Positions 34,574 to 36,070 of a stretch of DNA of 36,070 nucleotides are shown piece after piece. A program made the translations under genes and the position numbers. The notes beneath the pieces were generated by a model, which had not been told where the DNA came from, searched no databases, and saw only the letters and a program-made list of their open reading frames with translations. The stretch comes from Jimgerdemannia flammicorona. Its lineage: Eukaryota. The stretch lies in the NCBI GenBank assembly GCA_003990765.1, contig RBNJ01000230.1, forward strand, positions 1 through 36,070. Reading direction: 5' to 3'. The stretch's first letter is position 1. The number at the start of each line of letters is the position of its first letter.

Positions 34574-36070
34574 TCCTTTCCCCTCTTAAAAGTTAACATT
34601 CTTATTTATTCAAAAATTGAGAACTAGAGGAGAGGAGGGTAGAGAATCCTTCTCCTCATCTAACTTGATGTTGTTGATATTCCCACCAGTGGTTAGAGGA
34701 GTAGTTGCTAATGGCTCAATGTCTAGAATAGAGAAGTCAATGAGATCTGCAAATGATTCTTAAACTGATATAGGTAGTGAGATAGGAGTTCTCTATCTAA
34801 TACAGTTGGAGTCATCTAAGTAGAGCTCTTACTCCTCATACTAAGAATATTCATTTAGATAAGTGATCCTTTAAAGAGATCAGAAGGATCTTGGAGACAT
34901 TGGTCTGAGTTATTATTCAGGAGGGGGCTTCAGTGGGGTTTACAATCAGTGGACTTGAGAGTAATCCAGGAGTTAGCTTCTTGGACAATCTTGATCTCCA
35001 GTTCATCAACCTCAAGGAAGGAGAGATTCTGGAAGTCCTTCAGTTATATATAGTTAAGATTGGATATTGTAAAAGGTATATGACACATGATCTGATAGAT
35101 CTTCTTAGCTAGTCTTTGCTCATACCTATCCAGGTTAGTCCAGTCTGAGACCAGGTCAATAGATAGGCCTTTTGTATGTTGAAGAAGTTAGTGACCAATT
35201 TTATATTTATAACAGATTTCTAGATAGCTAGTAGCAAGGTAGGTCCTTTCTATAACTTTATAGTAGTTGAGGACATAGTGTCCTAGATCTTGGCTAGTGA
35301 GGTTAAGGGCCTCAGAGTGACAGTTCCTTTCTTAGATAGTAATCTGGATATATCCAAAGAGGTAGTCAATCTGGCTTGAGAGAGGCTGGCTATAGCAGGC
35401 TATTTGATAGTAGATAGCAGGTATTCTTGTATTGTCTTTTCTTTAGAAAGAGGAGAGAGGAATGGGGGTTGGAGCATATTTCTGTCTTGAGCATTTATAC
35501 TTGTTTGCCTATCTAGTGTAACTTAATTTCAATCACATTCCTAGTAGAATGTGTGACCTGTTGCTATAAGCAGAGCATGTGCTGATCATATGAGAAAATA
35601 CTGATTTCAAAGATATCACCATATTACAGTTGTGGTTACACAGGGTTGACAGATCTTGGTCTTCATTTTTTTTTATTTTATTGATGTATTTATGAGGACT
35701 AGCCATTCTTATCTATAGTGAGGGCTCTTATTATTATAGCTGGAGATTCAAACCTCTTGGAAATTGTATTTCTTATAATTCAAAACAATTTCTAATAACA
35801 ATATCTATTGTGTGAATAGACTTAAGATTGGTTCTAACATTGTTGACTTTCTTGAGTTCTATATAAAGTATCCATCATTCTTTAACAGAGATGATACAGA
35901 TAGTATGAACAGAGTTATTCAAATATATTTTACTATATCTTGCTGAGTTAGGTCAGAAGAGTTCTTCACTCAAATATTCTCTTATTGGTTAATTATAGTA
36001 TTTTTTTTTCTTCTATAATATTTAGTATTGTATATTCTAAATAAATATATGGTATCTTCTTGTTTTTTTT
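34574..36070 (-). mobile_element. internal 3' region of element D with a decayed accessory ORF (core about 34975-35440)
   Basis: Lies upstream of the PPT. Long frame with few C>T-type stops: YKYKIGH*LL...EQRLAKKIYQIM...ISNL...KDFQNLSFLEVDEL. Confidence 0.6.

Overview
This is eukaryotic repeat DNA, probably fungal (inferred from the TE types and heavy C>T decay). No host gene, RNA gene or CRISPR is evident. The window is a nest of retroelements that can be reassembled from target-site duplications (TSDs). An old + strand Ty3/Gypsy element (A: gag-dUTPase-PR-RT-RH-IN) is split at its RT YLDD codons by an L1/Tx1-like LINE (LINE2) and, immediately adjacent, a full-length - strand chromovirus (B: 2-kb LTRs, gag-dUTPase-PR-RT-RH-IN-chromodomain). 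B is itself split at its YIDD codons by a 5'-truncated LINE (LINE3). LINE3 carries an endonuclease-less Penelope-like element (PLE) flanked by a 214-bp duplication. Also present are a younger full-length LINE (1-5858), a 1.4-kb solo LTR and the 3' end of another LTR element (D). The most notable signals are: (1) repeated antisense LINE insertion at the Gypsy YxDD Tyr codon; (2) an unrecognised accessory ORF shared by B (inside its LTR) and D (env position); (3) dUTPase between gag and protease in two Gypsy families; (4) the PLE insertion architecture. All alignments and translations were done by eye, so internal domain boundaries are approximate.
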